Notes under the pieces: generated by a model | The model's database searches: none | What the model was told of the DNA's origin: nothing | Seen by the model: only the letters and a program-made list of their open reading frames with translations | NCBI GenBank assembly: GCA_027490055.1 | Contig: JAIXYV010000106.1 | Location: 30,802-94,801 of the forward strand | Length of the DNA stretch: 64,000 nucleotides | Origin: Bacteroidota bacterium | GTDB lineage: Bacteria; Bacteroidota; Bacteroidia; NS11-12g; UBA955 | Direction: 5' to 3' | Shown here: positions 1-11,600 of the stretch, piece after piece | Layout of the letters: every line of letters begins with the position of its first letter | How positions within the stretch are numbered: position 1 is the first letter of the stretch | Translations under genes and position numbers: made by a program

Positions 1-1495
1 AGACAATGTAATAAAATTAGAAACTGAAAATGACCGCATTACAGGGGTTATTACAAGTATGGGATATGCTATAAAAGGCAAATCGGTGGTCGTAACATCC
101 GGTACTTTTCTAAATGGTCTTATACATATAGGCACTAAAAACTTTGGTGGTGGTAGAATGGCAGAAAGTAATAGTGTGGGAATTACTGCAGATTTAATAC
201 ATCTAGGTTTCGAAGCTGGACGAATGAAGACCGGAACACCCCCAAGAGTAGATGGTCGATCTCTAGATTACTCGAAAATGGAAGAACAGGAAGGCGATTC
301 AGAAGCAGGTAAGTTTTCTTTTTCGAGCATTACAAAGCCACTTTCCCAGCAAAGATCCTGCTTTATAACCTATACAAATGATACAGTACATGAGATACTA
401 AGAGAAGGTTTTGATCGTTCGCCAATGTTTAACGGCAGCATTCAAGGTCTGGGTCCACGTTATTGCCCATCCATTGAAGATAAAATAAACCGGTTCGCTG
501 AACGAGATAGACATCAAATCTTTGTGGAGCCAGAAGGTTGGAACACCATAGAAATGTATATTAATGGCTTCTCGACCTCCCTTCCTGAAGACATTCAGTT
601 GAAAGCAATCAAACAAATACCAGGTTTTGAACATGCAAAAATCTTCAGACCAGGTTATGCCATTGAATACGATTACTTCCCACCTACTCAATTAAAACAT
701 ACTTTAGAAACCAAACTTATCAATAATCTTTACTTTGCCGGACAAATCAATGGTACAACAGGCTATGAGGAAGCGGCATGTCAAGGTTTAATGGCTGGTA
801 TTAATGCAGCGCTTAAAGTCCAGGAAAAAGAAGAATTTGTTCTGTCGCGTGCAGATGCCTACATAGGCGTTTTAATAGATGATCTAATTAATAAAGGTAC
901 AGAAGAACCTTATCGAATGTTTACATCAAGGGCTGAGTTCAGAATATTGCTCAGACAAGATAATGCTGACGATAGATTAACAGAAAAAGGTTACAGTATT
1001 GGTTTGGCAAGTGAAGATAGACTTAAAGCATTACATGAGAAAAGGGAAAAAATTAACTCTATACTACATTTTGTAAAAACAACCTCAGTAGAACCTTCAT
1101 TGGTAAATGATATATTGGATCAAAAACAAACACCTATTTTAGACCAAAAGGTTAAGCTAGACAAGTTAGTATTGCGACCGCAGTTATCCATCAGTGACTT
1201 TGAACAAATCTATCAAACGCTATCAAACTCCGAATCAGAGATAAAAGAACAGGCAGAGATTCTTATAAAGTACGAATCATACATTGATAAAGAGAAACAA
1301 ACAGCTGATAAATTAAACCGACTGGAGAACTATAAACTTAGCAAAGAATTTGATTACAGTCAACTTAAATCTCTAAGTACCGAAAGTAGAGAAAAACTAA
1401 ATAAAATTAAACCAGAGAGCATTGGTCAGGCCTCTAGAATAAGTGGTGTTTCACCATCTGATATTTCCGTTCTTTTAATACATTTGGGTAGATGA
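1..1495 (+). CDS. mnmG: tRNA uridine 5-carboxymethylaminomethyl modification enzyme MnmG (GidA), C-terminal ~495 aa; the 5' end lies outside the window
   Basis: The frame is open from nt 2 ([39 protein letters not shown]...). The FAD-binding and C-terminal helical regions typical of MnmG are recognisable ([20 protein letters not shown]..., C-terminal ...[23 protein letters not shown]). Confidence 0.9.
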   Translation, partial: DNVIKLETENDRITGVITSMGYAIKGKSVVVTSGTFLNGLIHIGTKNFGGGRMAESNSVGITADLIHLGFEAGRMKTGTPPRVDGRSLDYSKMEEQEGDSEAGKFSFSSITKPLSQQRSCFITYTNDTVHEILREGFDRSPMFNGSIQGLGPRYCPSIEDKINRFAERDRHQIFVEPEGWNTIEMYINGFSTSLPEDIQLKAIKQIPGFEHAKIFRPGYAIEYDYFPPTQLKHTLETKLINNLYFAGQINGTTGYEEAACQGLMAGINAALKVQEKEEFVLSRADAYIGVLIDDLINKGTEEPYRMFTSRAEFRILLRQDNADDRLTEKGYSIGLASEDRLKALHEKREKINSILHFVKTTSVEPSLVNDILDQKQTPILDQKVKLDKLVLRPQLSISDFEQIYQTLSNSESEIKEQAEILIKYESYIDKEKQTADKLNRLENYKLSKEFDYSQLKSLSTESREKLNKIKPESIGQASRISGVSPSDISVLLIHLGR

Positions 1496-2877
1496 AAAAT
1501 ATCTTAGCTATTTTGACTTGTTTGGCACTTTATTCTTGTGCCAGTATATCACCTCTTTCTGGAGGAAAAGCTGATGAGGCTCCTCCCCTATTATTAAATT
1601 CAAATATTACAAAAACCGAATTTAAAAGTAATACTATACAATTAGAATTTGATGAGTATATCGAAACAGATAATCCTTCAGATAATATAAAAATCTATCC
1701 CCAACATACGACATTCAAAACAAGTATTAATAAAAGAAAGTTAACTATTAAACTTGATTCATCCCTACATGAAAATACCACTTATGTTTTAAGTATAAAA
1801 AAAGGGGTTAAAGACGTTCATGCAGGCAATGGTTTCGAGTATAAAAAGATATTCAGTACAGGTGAAAGTTTAGATACAGGATACATTAAAGTACGGGTTA
1901 AAAATTATAAGAAATATAAAAACATCAAAATTGCGCTTCTAGAAGATCTACCGAGTGATAGTTTAAGGGTTATTAGTAAATCTTATAGTTATAATCTTAC
2001 AAGCGAAACAAATGAGTTTTTTGGCTTAAAAAATAAAAAATATCATATCTGGCTATTTACGGATGCAAATTCTGATAATAAACCAGATTGGTATCAACCT
2101 ATCAATTTCATTAATAATATAAGAACTGATTCGCTCTATGAAATTGAAATAAACGATTGGAATAAAGCTTTTGAAATAAAAAGAATTACTACAGATAATC
2201 AATACTCGAAAATTTATTATAACAACAATCCTCACTATTATTTTCATTTATATGATATCTTAGGAAAACAACTTGAGAATGCGGTATATTTAACTGAAGA
2301 CAGCGCTCTTATATATAACCTGAAGTACAACACTATTAAATCTGATACAGTTAAAAGATTTAATCTTAATAATGAAAAGAAGGATATTGTTCTTAATAAT
2401 CTTCAAATTATTAAAATGAAGAATAGATACACTGTTTATTATAATAAACCTCAATACTATACTGACTATTCGAATTACAGACCTTTAATGCGTGATAAAA
2501 CAATTTATACAGTGTTACCGGAGTTGATACAAATCTATGTTCCACAGGAAGAAAAAATGGATAGTTTTTCTTTAAAAAACATTGCCATCCAGGAACATTC
2601 AAAATTATCCTACTTAGAATTTGAAATAAAAGATAAGTTTAATCAATTGTATGATGTAAAAATAAGTAAAGATGATAAAACTATTATATCGCTTTTTGAT
2701 GTAAAAAAGTACGAGATTTTTTTAGAACCTGGACAATATAAAATTGAAGTTTATAAAAGAAGTTTTACAAATATTTTCAATCCATTTGAATTTAAAAATT
2801 CCAGCAGTCCAATATACGCAAAAGACTTGATTTTAAAGGCATCTTGGGACGAAATACTTTCAATTATTCCACAATAA
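1492..2877 (+). CDS. Hypothetical Lys/Asn-rich lipoprotein (461 aa), overlapping the mnmG stop by 4 nt (ATGA)
   Basis: The ORF has a lipoprotein signal (LTCLALYSC, lipobox Cys). It is AT-rich with a low-complexity K/N/Y-rich composition and no recognisable catalytic motifs. The ATGA overlap suggests translational coupling to mnmG. Confidence 0.5.
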   Translation: MKNILAILTCLALYSCASISPLSGGKADEAPPLLLNSNITKTEFKSNTIQLEFDEYIETDNPSDNIKIYPQHTTFKTSINKRKLTIKLDSSLHENTTYVLSIKKGVKDVHAGNGFEYKKIFSTGESLDTGYIKVRVKNYKKYKNIKIALLEDLPSDSLRVISKSYSYNLTSETNEFFGLKNKKYHIWLFTDANSDNKPDWYQPINFINNIRTDSLYEIEINDWNKAFEIKRITTDNQYSKIYYNNNPHYYFHLYDILGKQLENAVYLTEDSALIYNLKYNTIKSDTVKRFNLNNEKKDIVLNNLQIIKMKNRYTVYYNKPQYYTDYSNYRPLMRDKTIYTVLPELIQIYVPQEEKMDSFSLKNIAIQEHSKLSYLEFEIKDKFNQLYDVKISKDDKTIISLFDVKKYEIFLEPGQYKIEVYKRSFTNIFNPFEFKNSSSPIYAKDLILKASWDEILSIIPQ

Positions 2878-3272
2878 TTTTCAACAAAATTAACAACACT
2901 CTATGTAGAAATATTAGTATTTACGTGGAACAAAAAAATAGAGAAATTTAATGTCTATAAACACGAAAAAAAGTGAAGAAAAATAGAATAAATAGTCAGG
3001 TTATCATCAAATCGACTATTGTATTAAATAATCATTAACATTAATGTTGATTTGTTGATGACTGATTAAAAAACCTAGTAAATACAAGGCTTAACATTAA
3101 AAATTATTCGTTGAAAAATATGGTACATCTAATTTTATTCAATAAAAAAACTAGAAAAAATACAAGTTATCCCGATATCAACACGACTATAATATTACTA
3201 AATAATTATTTTAAATATATTTTTTATTATTAATCTGTTCATAAGCCTGGTTGGATAGATGAAACTTTAAAT

Positions 3273-3280
3273 TATTTTTG
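3273..3280 (+). promoter_or_regulatory. Bacteroidetes sigma-A -7 box (TATTTTTG = TAnnTTTG) 4 nt upstream of the pheS ATG
   Basis: The sequence matches the Bacteroidetes -7 consensus TAnnTTTG. The same motif recurs upstream of many genes in this window. Confidence 0.45.
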
Positions 3281-3284
3281 TGCC

Positions 3285-4304
3285 ATGAGTATCCTTGAAA
3301 AAATAGAAACTTTAAAACAGCAAGCAAGCGAACATATTATCGATCAACAAGAAAAGGTTGAAGAGTTCCGCTTGAAGTTTTTATCAAAAAAAGGTGAATT
3401 AAATGAATTGTTCGAAGAATTTAAAAAAGTTTCCGGCGAAGAAAAAAAAGAGCTGGGTAAACAGTTAAATATTTTAAGACAGCAAATAGAATCACTCTAC
3501 AACGACGCTAAAGAGAAATTTAGTTCCACAGAAAAAAAATTTTCCGCTAACGCGGATGAGACATTACCTGTTAATGCCTATAAAATTGGATCTTTACATC
3601 CAATTTCAATTGTAAAAAATGACATTATCAGCATTTTTGAAAAGATAGGTTTTAACGTAGAAAATGGTCCGGAAATAGAAGATGACTGGCATAATTTTAC
3701 GGCTTTAAATTTCGCGGAAAATCATCCGGCGCGCGATATGCAGGACACCTTCTTTGTGGAAAAAAAACCAAAAGGAAATTTTGCTCTTAGAACTCATACC
3801 AGCAGTGTTCAGGTGCGTTTGATGGAGTACACAAAGCCGCCAATTAGAGCTTTGATGCCAGGTAGAGTTTATAGAAATGAGGATGTATCGGCAAGATCCA
3901 ATTGCTTTTTTCATCAGATAGAGGGACTTTATATTGATGAGAATGTGAGTTTCGCGGATCTTAAACAGACGCTCTATTATTTTGTTTCTCAATTTTTCGG
4001 AGAGCGCGAAATTCGTTTCAGACCATCATACTTTCCTTTCACTGAGCCAAGCGCAGAGATGGATATATATTTAGGAACCGCCACCGAGCAAGATAAGCGT
4101 TTAACAAAGGGTACAGGATGGTTGGAAATTCTGGGATGTGGTATGGTAGATCCTAATGTTTTGGAGAACTGCGGCATTGATTCAAGTAAATATACCGGTT
4201 ATGCTTTTGGTATGGGCATAGATAGGATTACCATGTTGAGATATGGTATTAAAGATATCCGTCAGATGTTTGAAAATGATGTTCGTTTTCTGGAACAGTT
4301 TTAA
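3285..4304 (+). CDS. pheS: Phenylalanine--tRNA ligase alpha subunit
   Basis: The 339-aa product has class II aaRS motifs (FRPSYFPFTEPSAEMD, GWLEILGCGMVDPNVL, GYAFGMGIDRITMLRYGIKDIR). Confidence 0.93.
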   Translation: MSILEKIETLKQQASEHIIDQQEKVEEFRLKFLSKKGELNELFEEFKKVSGEEKKELGKQLNILRQQIESLYNDAKEKFSSTEKKFSANADETLPVNAYKIGSLHPISIVKNDIISIFEKIGFNVENGPEIEDDWHNFTALNFAENHPARDMQDTFFVEKKPKGNFALRTHTSSVQVRLMEYTKPPIRALMPGRVYRNEDVSARSNCFFHQIEGLYIDENVSFADLKQTLYYFVSQFFGEREIRFRPSYFPFTEPSAEMDIYLGTATEQDKRLTKGTGWLEILGCGMVDPNVLENCGIDSSKYTGYAFGMGIDRITMLRYGIKDIRQMFENDVRFLEQF

Positions 4305-5035
4305 AAATTCCACGCATTTCTAAGCTTGGCATATCCAGCTCTGCTAACAGAGAGTTTTGTGCCATTTTCCATAACTAAATATACGGTATCCGAACCTGAA
4401 TTTTTTAGTTCAGATATTGATTTAATATTGACAATGTAAGAGCGGTGAATCCTTATGAATTTAACTGGGTTTAAGTGTTTCTCATAGAAGCTCATGGTTT
4501 TCTTTTTCACATAAATTTGATTCATGGTATGTAGTTTCACATAATCATCATATGATTCAATGAAAAGAATATCATTGGTTTGAAGTATTAAAATATTCCC
4601 ATTGTGTTTAATAACAATACGTTCAGAAAATGGATGGTGATCAATAGAGGTAGATGCTTCTGGATTGGAGAGAAAATGCTTAATCTTTTCAGCAGCAATG
4701 CATTTTTTAAGAGCCATTAAGAACCTATCTTTACTAAAGGGTTTTAGTAAATAGTCTACTGCATTTGATTCGAAGGCTTTTATAGCATATTCATCATAGG
4801 CTGTTGTAAAAATCACTAAAGGACTTTCATCCAGAACTTCAAGCATTTCAAATCCATTTATTTTGGGCATATTTATATCCAGAAATATCAGATCTGGTTG
4901 ATATTGCTGGATTTGCTTAATGCCTTCAAATCCATCGCCGCATTCAGAGACAATTGTAATATCAGCTTGATCTTCCAGATATTCTTTTATTAAGTTTCTG
5001 GCCAAAGGCTCATCATCAATAATTATAACTTTCAT
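4301..5035 (-). CDS. LytTR-family two-component response regulator (REC + LytTR DNA-binding domain)
   Basis: MKVIIIDDEPLARNLIKEYL...DLIFLDINMP is a receiver domain. The C-terminus carries a LytTR domain (IFIESYDDYVKLHT...RIHRSYIVN). The likely start is the M at 5035, not the upstream M of the ORF track, and it overlaps the kinase stop by 4 nt. Confidence 0.85.
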   Translation of the reverse strand: MKVIIIDDEPLARNLIKEYLEDQADITIVSECGDGFEGIKQIQQYQPDLIFLDINMPKINGFEMLEVLDESPLVIFTTAYDEYAIKAFESNAVDYLLKPFSKDRFLMALKKCIAAEKIKHFLSNPEASTSIDHHPFSERIVIKHNGNILILQTNDILFIESYDDYVKLHTMNQIYVKKKTMSFYEKHLNPVKFIRIHRSYIVNIKSISELKNSGSDTVYLVMENGTKLSVSRAGYAKLRNAWNF

Positions 5036-6063
5036 TTTATTTGAGGGATAGTTAGTTCGACACAAAACACATTGTTTAAGTGACTAATTTTAAGCAAATC
5101 TGCCCGGCCATATAAGAGAAAAAGTCGCCTACTTAGTGCATTTAAACCAAAGCCCAGGCCTTTGTTTTTTATAACGGAATCTTGTTCATAAGGGTTACAC
5201 ACCTTGATAAATAAGTCGGTATTTATTAAAGAGATAGTTACTTCGATACATGTTTCTCCTAATGATTCGTATACACCGTATTTCATAGCATTTTCAATAA
5301 GGGGTAATAGAATTAATGGCGGTATTAATGCATTTTCAGCCGATTTTGTCACTTCCATTTTAGTAACAAGTCTATTTTCAAAACGAACTTTCTCAATATC
5401 AAGATAGAGTTGAATATGTTGTAGTTCCTGACTAAGACTTATGGTAGCATTAAGATCTTTTTTAATCGTGCCCCTGAGAAAATCCGACAATTGCTGAATC
5501 ATGGTTCTTGCTTTTTCGGGTTGTTTAGTGGCCAAAGCACTAACAGAGTTTAGGGTATTGAACAAAAAATGCGGCTGTAACTGTTGTCTGATGCCCGATA
5601 GTTCGGCTTCTTTAGCCAGCTTTTGAATTTCTAATCGTCTTGTGTTTTCCTCATTTCTATAGATATTTAATTGAGTCATCCACATTGACAAAGCACTAAG
5701 AGTAATAAGAAAAGCAGCCAGTAAAAAACGGAGTAGCTTAGTCGAGTTAAATAGGTAGATAAAACGCGTATCGTAATTTATAACTAAAGGAATGAGGAAA
5801 TTGGCAGCAACATACCAGATACTTGCAAGCAAAAGGCACCAGAGAAAAACATACCATGCTTTTCCTGGTCCCGGTTGATAATAAATTAGAATATTGTTTA
5901 CTATTAGTGCTGTAAGAAGCAGAAGGAAATTACTAATTAGCGAATCTAATAATGCAGATTTAAAACTAATATCGGCCTGTTTTAAAATAAGAACATGTAA
6001 GCTTGCCCAGAGTATCCAGAAAAGTAAAAACCTCAGCGTATAATTCTTTATCCCAGAGCGCAA
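5032..6063 (-). CDS. Sensor histidine kinase, LytS/YehU-type (His_kinase PF06580-like) with a multi-TM sensor
   Basis: The N-terminal half has 5-6 hydrophobic helices. The H-box QLQPHFLFNTLNSV is typical of LytS-type kinases, and there is a C-terminal HATPase region (ENAMKYG...GLGFGL). Confidence 0.8.
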   Translation of the reverse strand: MRSGIKNYTLRFLLFWILWASLHVLILKQADISFKSALLDSLISNFLLLLTALIVNNILIYYQPGPGKAWYVFLWCLLLASIWYVAANFLIPLVINYDTRFIYLFNSTKLLRFLLAAFLITLSALSMWMTQLNIYRNEENTRRLEIQKLAKEAELSGIRQQLQPHFLFNTLNSVSALATKQPEKARTMIQQLSDFLRGTIKKDLNATISLSQELQHIQLYLDIEKVRFENRLVTKMEVTKSAENALIPPLILLPLIENAMKYGVYESLGETCIEVTISLINTDLFIKVCNPYEQDSVIKNKGLGFGLNALSRRLFLLYGRADLLKISHLNNVFCVELTIPQIK

Positions 6064-6075
6064 TTCTGTTGTGTT

Positions 6076-6816
6076 TTAAAAACTTTTGATATCAATTCCA
6101 CCAAGCACACTGGTTCCTCTAATGATTAGTACACTTTCTCCGCTTGGCAGTGTGTTTTGTTGTATTCTTTTATCTTCAATTCCTCCGAAAATAGCCACAA
6201 CTTCAGATCTTATTTCCCAATGAGGTGGGACAATTAGTTTGGTTCCGCCGAGAACATTTACTAATTCCAAAGAAGCCTGTCCATTGATAATGGATTGTGA
6301 CAGGTTGATTTCAGCACCACCCAGAACGCATACAACTTCGCCGCCCTTAAAATCTTTAGAAGTAACATTTTTGCGAACACCTCCAAATACAGCAACAGTA
6401 TCTAAGTAGTCTTCACTGGTATATGGCATTCCTGCATACATTTTGTCTTCCTTCCAATCGAAACCTTCCCATTTTTTGTTTTTTTTTCCGAATATCATAA
6501 TAAGTCCCATACCAATAATGAATACCGGCCAGAAGAATTGACCAATTGCTAAGTTATAGAAGAATTCATCCGTTAAAAAGATACAACCTATAAATGCTAC
6601 AATCCACCAGGCATTGTTTTTAAAATTGTGTTTGAAACCTATGTAAACACCAATAGTTATCATAAGCATTTGCCAGGAGAATAACCAATCCGGGAATATT
6701 ACGCCTGTTTTACGCAGTAAGAGCATAACACCAACAGCCACAACCACAACACCAGCCATTCTTTTGCCATTTTGATTGCGTTTTTCAAAAGTGATTTCAT
6801 TTTTATTTAGAGCCAT
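6076..6816 (-). CDS. LiaF-like membrane protein (N-terminal TM helices plus a C-terminal repeated GG beta-strand domain, DUF2154/DUF4097-like)
   Basis: There are 3-4 TM helices followed by repeated ...VFGG/VLGG/IFGG/VLGG strands. The gene lies immediately downstream of, and co-oriented with, the kinase-regulator pair. Confidence 0.5.
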   Translation of the reverse strand: MALNKNEITFEKRNQNGKRMAGVVVVAVGVMLLLRKTGVIFPDWLFSWQMLMITIGVYIGFKHNFKNNAWWIVAFIGCIFLTDEFFYNLAIGQFFWPVFIIGMGLIMIFGKKNKKWEGFDWKEDKMYAGMPYTSEDYLDTVAVFGGVRKNVTSKDFKGGEVVCVLGGAEINLSQSIINGQASLELVNVLGGTKLIVPPHWEIRSEVVAIFGGIEDKRIQQNTLPSGESVLIIRGTSVLGGIDIKSF

Positions 6817-6951
6817 AATTATTTATTTAATGATGCAAATCAAGCACAAGCTTATGCATATCACAAACAAAAATAGGTGTTTGACAAGAAAAATAGGCGA
6901 ATAAACAAAAATAGCGGGTGAGTAACGTCAAATACTTAAAAAGCCATACTT

Positions 6952-7383
6952 TTGTTCAATATGAAAACCGGTTATTTGTTATTGATTGCAGTATTTTGTC
7001 TTCAAACACTTTCATGTAAGTCAGGCGATGTTTACAAAAGGGACAAAGATCTCTCGATAATCTTTGGAAGTGGAGGTGGATTTACCGGTGCAACAGAGCA
7101 ATATGAAATTAATGGCAAGGGATCTTTAATTAAAGTTAGTTTACCGGGAGATACCACTAAACTACCATCAATATCTAAAAGCCAGAGACGGTATTTGCGT
7201 CAATTAGTTAATTCAGATTCACTGAGTAGAATTAGCTATAATACCTACGCCAATATGACATCTTTCATATATGTGAAGGTGAAAGATAAGCCGCTTTATA
7301 GCTTTCATTGGAATGGCGAAAGTAAATCTTTACAAGCACCATTATTCGCCTTAGATAGTTTTCTTAATACTTTAGTTAAGTAG
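6952..7383 (+). CDS. Hypothetical lipoprotein (143 aa)
   Basis: The product has a signal peptide with a lipobox (LQTLSC) and no recognisable domain. Confidence 0.45.
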   Translation: MFNMKTGYLLLIAVFCLQTLSCKSGDVYKRDKDLSIIFGSGGGFTGATEQYEINGKGSLIKVSLPGDTTKLPSISKSQRRYLRQLVNSDSLSRISYNTYANMTSFIYVKVKDKPLYSFHWNGESKSLQAPLFALDSFLNTLVK

Positions 7384-7412
7384 ACGGGGCACTTAAGGAA
7401 ACAAAACTTTAG

Positions 7413-7420
7413 TATCTTTG
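7413..7420 (+). promoter_or_regulatory. -7 box TATCTTTG, 11 nt upstream of the bshA ATG
   Basis: The sequence matches TAnnTTTG. Confidence 0.4.
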
Positions 7421-7431
7421 TAAGCATTAAG

Positions 7432-8568
7432 ATGAATATAGGAATTGTCTGTTATCCGACTTTTGGCGGAAGTGGCGTTGTAGCCACCGAATTAGGAAAA
7501 GCATTGGCCGCAAAGGGATATAACGTACATTTTATCAGTTACAGTCAGCCAGCCAGACTGGATTTTTTTAATCCCAATGTGTTTTTTCACGAGGTATCTA
7601 TCTACAAATATCCTTTATTTGAATATGTGCCATATGAAACCATATTAGCCAGTAAAATAGTCGATATAGTTAAGCAGTACAAATTACAGATTCTGCATGT
7701 TCACTATGCTATTCCGCATGCGAGTGCTGCCTTAATGGCGAAAAATATTTTAGTAGAACAGGGGATCAATATTCCGATTGTTACCACTTTGCACGGAACA
7801 GATATTACTTTAGTTGGAAAAGATCCAACATACGAGCCGGTAGTGTCTTATTCAATCAATCATTCAGATGCTGTCACGGCCGTTTCTGAAAGTCTGAAGC
7901 AAGATACGATTAAGAATTTTCATATTCAGCGCCCTATTCACGTTGTGCCCAATTTCATCGATTTCTCCAGATTCACTAAGCAGAAAAAAGAGCATTTCAA
8001 GATGGCTATTGCACCTAACAATGAAAAGATCCTGGTGCATACCTCTAATTTCAGGAAGGTTAAAAGAGTAGAGGATGTTGTTAAGGTATTTGCTTTGCTG
8101 GCAGATAAGATTCCGAGCAAGCTTTTGTTAATTGGGGATGGTCCGGAGCGTATGAACATTGAATTGATGGCAAGAGAAATGGGTGTATGCGACAGAATCA
8201 CATTTTTGGGCAAGCAAGATCAGATCGAAGAGATTTTATCGGTTTGTGATTTGTTTTTACTGACTTCAGAAACAGAAAGTTTCGGATTGGCAGCATTAGA
8301 AGCTATGGCATGCGAAGTGCCGGTTATTTCTTCCAACTCAGGCGGTATACCAGAAGTAAACATAGATGGGGTTACCGGATACATGAGCAATGTTGGAGAT
8401 GTTGAAGACATGGCTAAGAATGCCTTAAAGATACTTTCTGATGAAGCGATTCTTGTTCAATTTAAAGCCAATGCATTAAAACGCGCTCAGGAGTTCCATA
8501 TCGATAAAATATTACCGATGTATGAGAATGTCTATCTTAGCTTAATTAGCGCACCAGTGGCCCCATAA
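7432..8568 (+). CDS. bshA: N-acetyl-alpha-D-glucosaminyl L-malate synthase (GT4 glycosyltransferase, bacillithiol biosynthesis)
   Basis: The N-terminus MNIGIVCYPTFGGSGVVATELGKALAAKGYNVHFISY is characteristic of BshA. The product has a GT4 fold and the C-terminal EAMACEVPVISSNSGGIPE motif. Confidence 0.8.
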   Translation: MNIGIVCYPTFGGSGVVATELGKALAAKGYNVHFISYSQPARLDFFNPNVFFHEVSIYKYPLFEYVPYETILASKIVDIVKQYKLQILHVHYAIPHASAALMAKNILVEQGINIPIVTTLHGTDITLVGKDPTYEPVVSYSINHSDAVTAVSESLKQDTIKNFHIQRPIHVVPNFIDFSRFTKQKKEHFKMAIAPNNEKILVHTSNFRKVKRVEDVVKVFALLADKIPSKLLLIGDGPERMNIELMAREMGVCDRITFLGKQDQIEEILSVCDLFLLTSETESFGLAALEAMACEVPVISSNSGGIPEVNIDGVTGYMSNVGDVEDMAKNALKILSDEAILVQFKANALKRAQEFHIDKILPMYENVYLSLISAPVAP

Positions 8569-8571
8569 ACG

Positions 8572-8598
8572 GCTTAATTGGGCCGCTTTTTTTACAGT
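8572..8598 (+). terminator. Weak hairpin plus T7 run after bshA
   Basis: In acggcttaattgggccgcttttttt the stem cggc/gccg is only 4 bp, so this is marginal. Confidence 0.3.
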
Positions 8599-8671
8599 AT
8601 TCTCATAAAAAGAAGACTTTTTATCTAAAAATCTTATTAATTTTTGATTTATAAGCCTGAATGGTTTTAAT

Positions 8672-11600
8672 TTGGATCATCTAACATCCATGTTTAAAAA
8701 ATTATTATTTGCTGCATTGGTTATACCGGTGTTTCAAATGCATTCACAGAGTAAATCCGGCAAGGCGCAAGAGCCTTCAAAAGCGCCGGGTACATTTTCA
8801 CAAATTGTTTCCGGACTAGGTTTCAGGAGTATCGGTCCGGCCGTTACTTCGGGCAGAATTGTCGATTTATGCGTTAATCCGCAAAACACTTCACAGTGGT
8901 ATATCGCAGCTGGCAGTGGTGGTGTATGGAAAACAGACAATGCGGGCACAACCTTTTATCCGGTTTTCGAGACTCAGGCGTCTTTTTCAATTGGGTGTAT
9001 CACCATGGATCCATCTAATCAAAATACAATTTGGGTTGGTAGTGGCGAGAACAATAACCAAAGAAGTGTGGCATATGGCGATGGTGTTTACAAGAGTGAA
9101 GATGGTGGAAAGACCTGGAAAAATGTAGGGTTAAAGCTCAGCGAGCATATTGGTATGATTACCGTAGATCCTAATAACAGTCAGGTTGTTTATGTGGCCG
9201 CTTATGGTCCGCTTTGGAGTGCGGGTGGCGACAGAGGAATCTATAAAACTACAGATGGTGGTAAAACCTGGAACCGTATTTTATTTGTCAGTGATAATAC
9301 TGGGTTTAATGAAATTCATATTGATAAGAAGCGTCCAAATATCATGTATGCCACAGCCCATCAGAGAAGAAGACATGAGTGGACCTATTTAGGTGGCGGT
9401 CCGGAATCTGCTATATACAAAAGTATTGATAACGGAAGCACCTGGACTAAGCTGGACAATGGCTTACCAAAAGGCGATGTGGGTCGTATCGGACTGGCTA
9501 TTCCAGATGCTAATACCGATATAGTTTATGCCTTGATAGAAGCTTCTGAAGGCAATGGCGGTTTGTTTAAATCAACTGACCGAGGTGCGAGCTGGACTAA
9601 GCAATCGGGTCATACCACGGCAGGTAATTATTACAATGAAATATTTGCTGATCCGGTAAATCCAGATAAAATTTATTCTATGAATAACTGGGCTGTAGTA
9701 AGTAGCGATGGCGGTAAAACCTTCAAAGGTATTGGCGAGCGCAGCAAGCACGTAGACAACCACGTGATTTGGGTTGATCCAAAAAACACCTCACATTATT
9801 TGATGGGATGTGATGGCGGATTATACGAGACCTGGGATGAAGCGGCGACTTGGAATTACAAAGCCAATTTGTCAATTACCCAGTTTTACAGAGTAAGTAC
9901 TGATAATGCCTTGCCATTTTACAACATCTATGGAGGTACTCAGGATAATAATACATTGGGCGGACCGTCTAGAACCATGAGCGCTAGTGGAATACATAAT
10001 TACGACTGGTTTGTAACGGTAGGGGGAGATGGTTTTAAGACGGTTGTAGACACTAAGAATCCAGATATCGTATATTCTCAATGGCAGTATGGCGGCTTGG
10101 TAAGATTTAACCGTAAAACAGGAGAGGCATTAGATATTAAACCTCAGGAAAAACAGGGAGAACCAGCCTACAGGTATAACTGGGATGCACCAATTGTATT
10201 AAGTAATTTTGAGAATAAGACTTTGTATTTTGCTGCACAGAAGGTATTTAAAAGTACAGACATGGGTAATACCTGGGAAATTATCAGTCCGGATTTATCA
10301 AGAGGAATAGACAGAAATAAACTAAGTGTAATGGGCAAGGTATGGAGCGTTGATGCAGTGGCTAAGAACCAATCGACCAGTATCTATGGCAACGTAACTG
10401 CTTTGGCGGAATCTCCTAAAAATGCTTTGTTGCTGTATGCCGGAACCGATGATGGTTTAATTCATGTAACAAATGACGGTGGTAAATCCTGGTATAAAAC
10501 AGAACAAATAAGCGGTGTTCCAGCTCAATCTCTGGTGCAAAATATATACGCTTCTAAGCACGACGAGAAATTGGTTTATGCCGTGATTAATAATCACAGA
10601 AATGGCGATTTCAAACCTTATTTAGTCAAGTCAGTTGACCAAGGCAGAACATGGACTTTAGTTAATGGCAATTTACCGGAGCGCGGCTCATTGCAATGTT
10701 TGGCAGAGGATCACAAGAATAGAAATCTCTTGTTTTGCGGAACTGATTTTGGTGTTTTTGCCAGTATTGATGCTGGAAAAACCTGGGATAAAATGAGTGG
10801 TTTACCAACCATTTGTGTCAAAGAAATTGCGATTCAAGAGCGTGAGAATGATTTAGTATTAGCAACTTTTGGAAGAGGTTTTTATGTACTGGATGATTAT
10901 TCATCTTTGCAGAACTTTGAGATTGTTAAACAGGCATTAGAAACTAAGCCTGCTGTCATTTTTCCTATCAAAGACGGGTTAGTATTTATGCAGTCGACGC
11001 CACTTGGGCATAAAGGCAAATCGTTCCAGGGAGAAAGTTTTTTCACTGCCGAAAATCCTCCTGTTGGTGCTGTGATTTCATATTACATCAAAGATGATTA
11101 CAAAACCATCAAGAGCTTAAGAAAAGATAGAGAAGAAAAGCAAAGCAATGATTATTACCCATCGGCAGATAGTTTGAGAATAGAAGACAGTGAGCCAGAG
11201 GCCTACATTCTGGCAGTAATAAAAGATGCTGAGGGCAATATTATCAGACAATTTAAACGCGCTGCAGCAAAGGGACATCAGCGATTGGTGTGGAATGGCA
11301 GAATGGAGCGTACCAGTCCTATTACGTTTTACACACCAGATCCGAGCAATCCGTATGAAGGAGAAGATCAGGGACCAATGGCATTGCCAGGCGATTATAC
11401 TATAGAGTTGCACCTGGTAAAAAATTATCAGATTAGTTTATTGACAGGACCAATAGGATTCAAGATTAAAACCTTACATCCAATGAAATCTGATATGAAT
11501 TTTAACAGAGAATTAGCCGATTTCAGAAGGGTTGTTTTGGGCGTGGATGCTTATTGTTCAGAGATTAAAAACAGATTAAGTTTTGTTAAGCAGGGTATTA

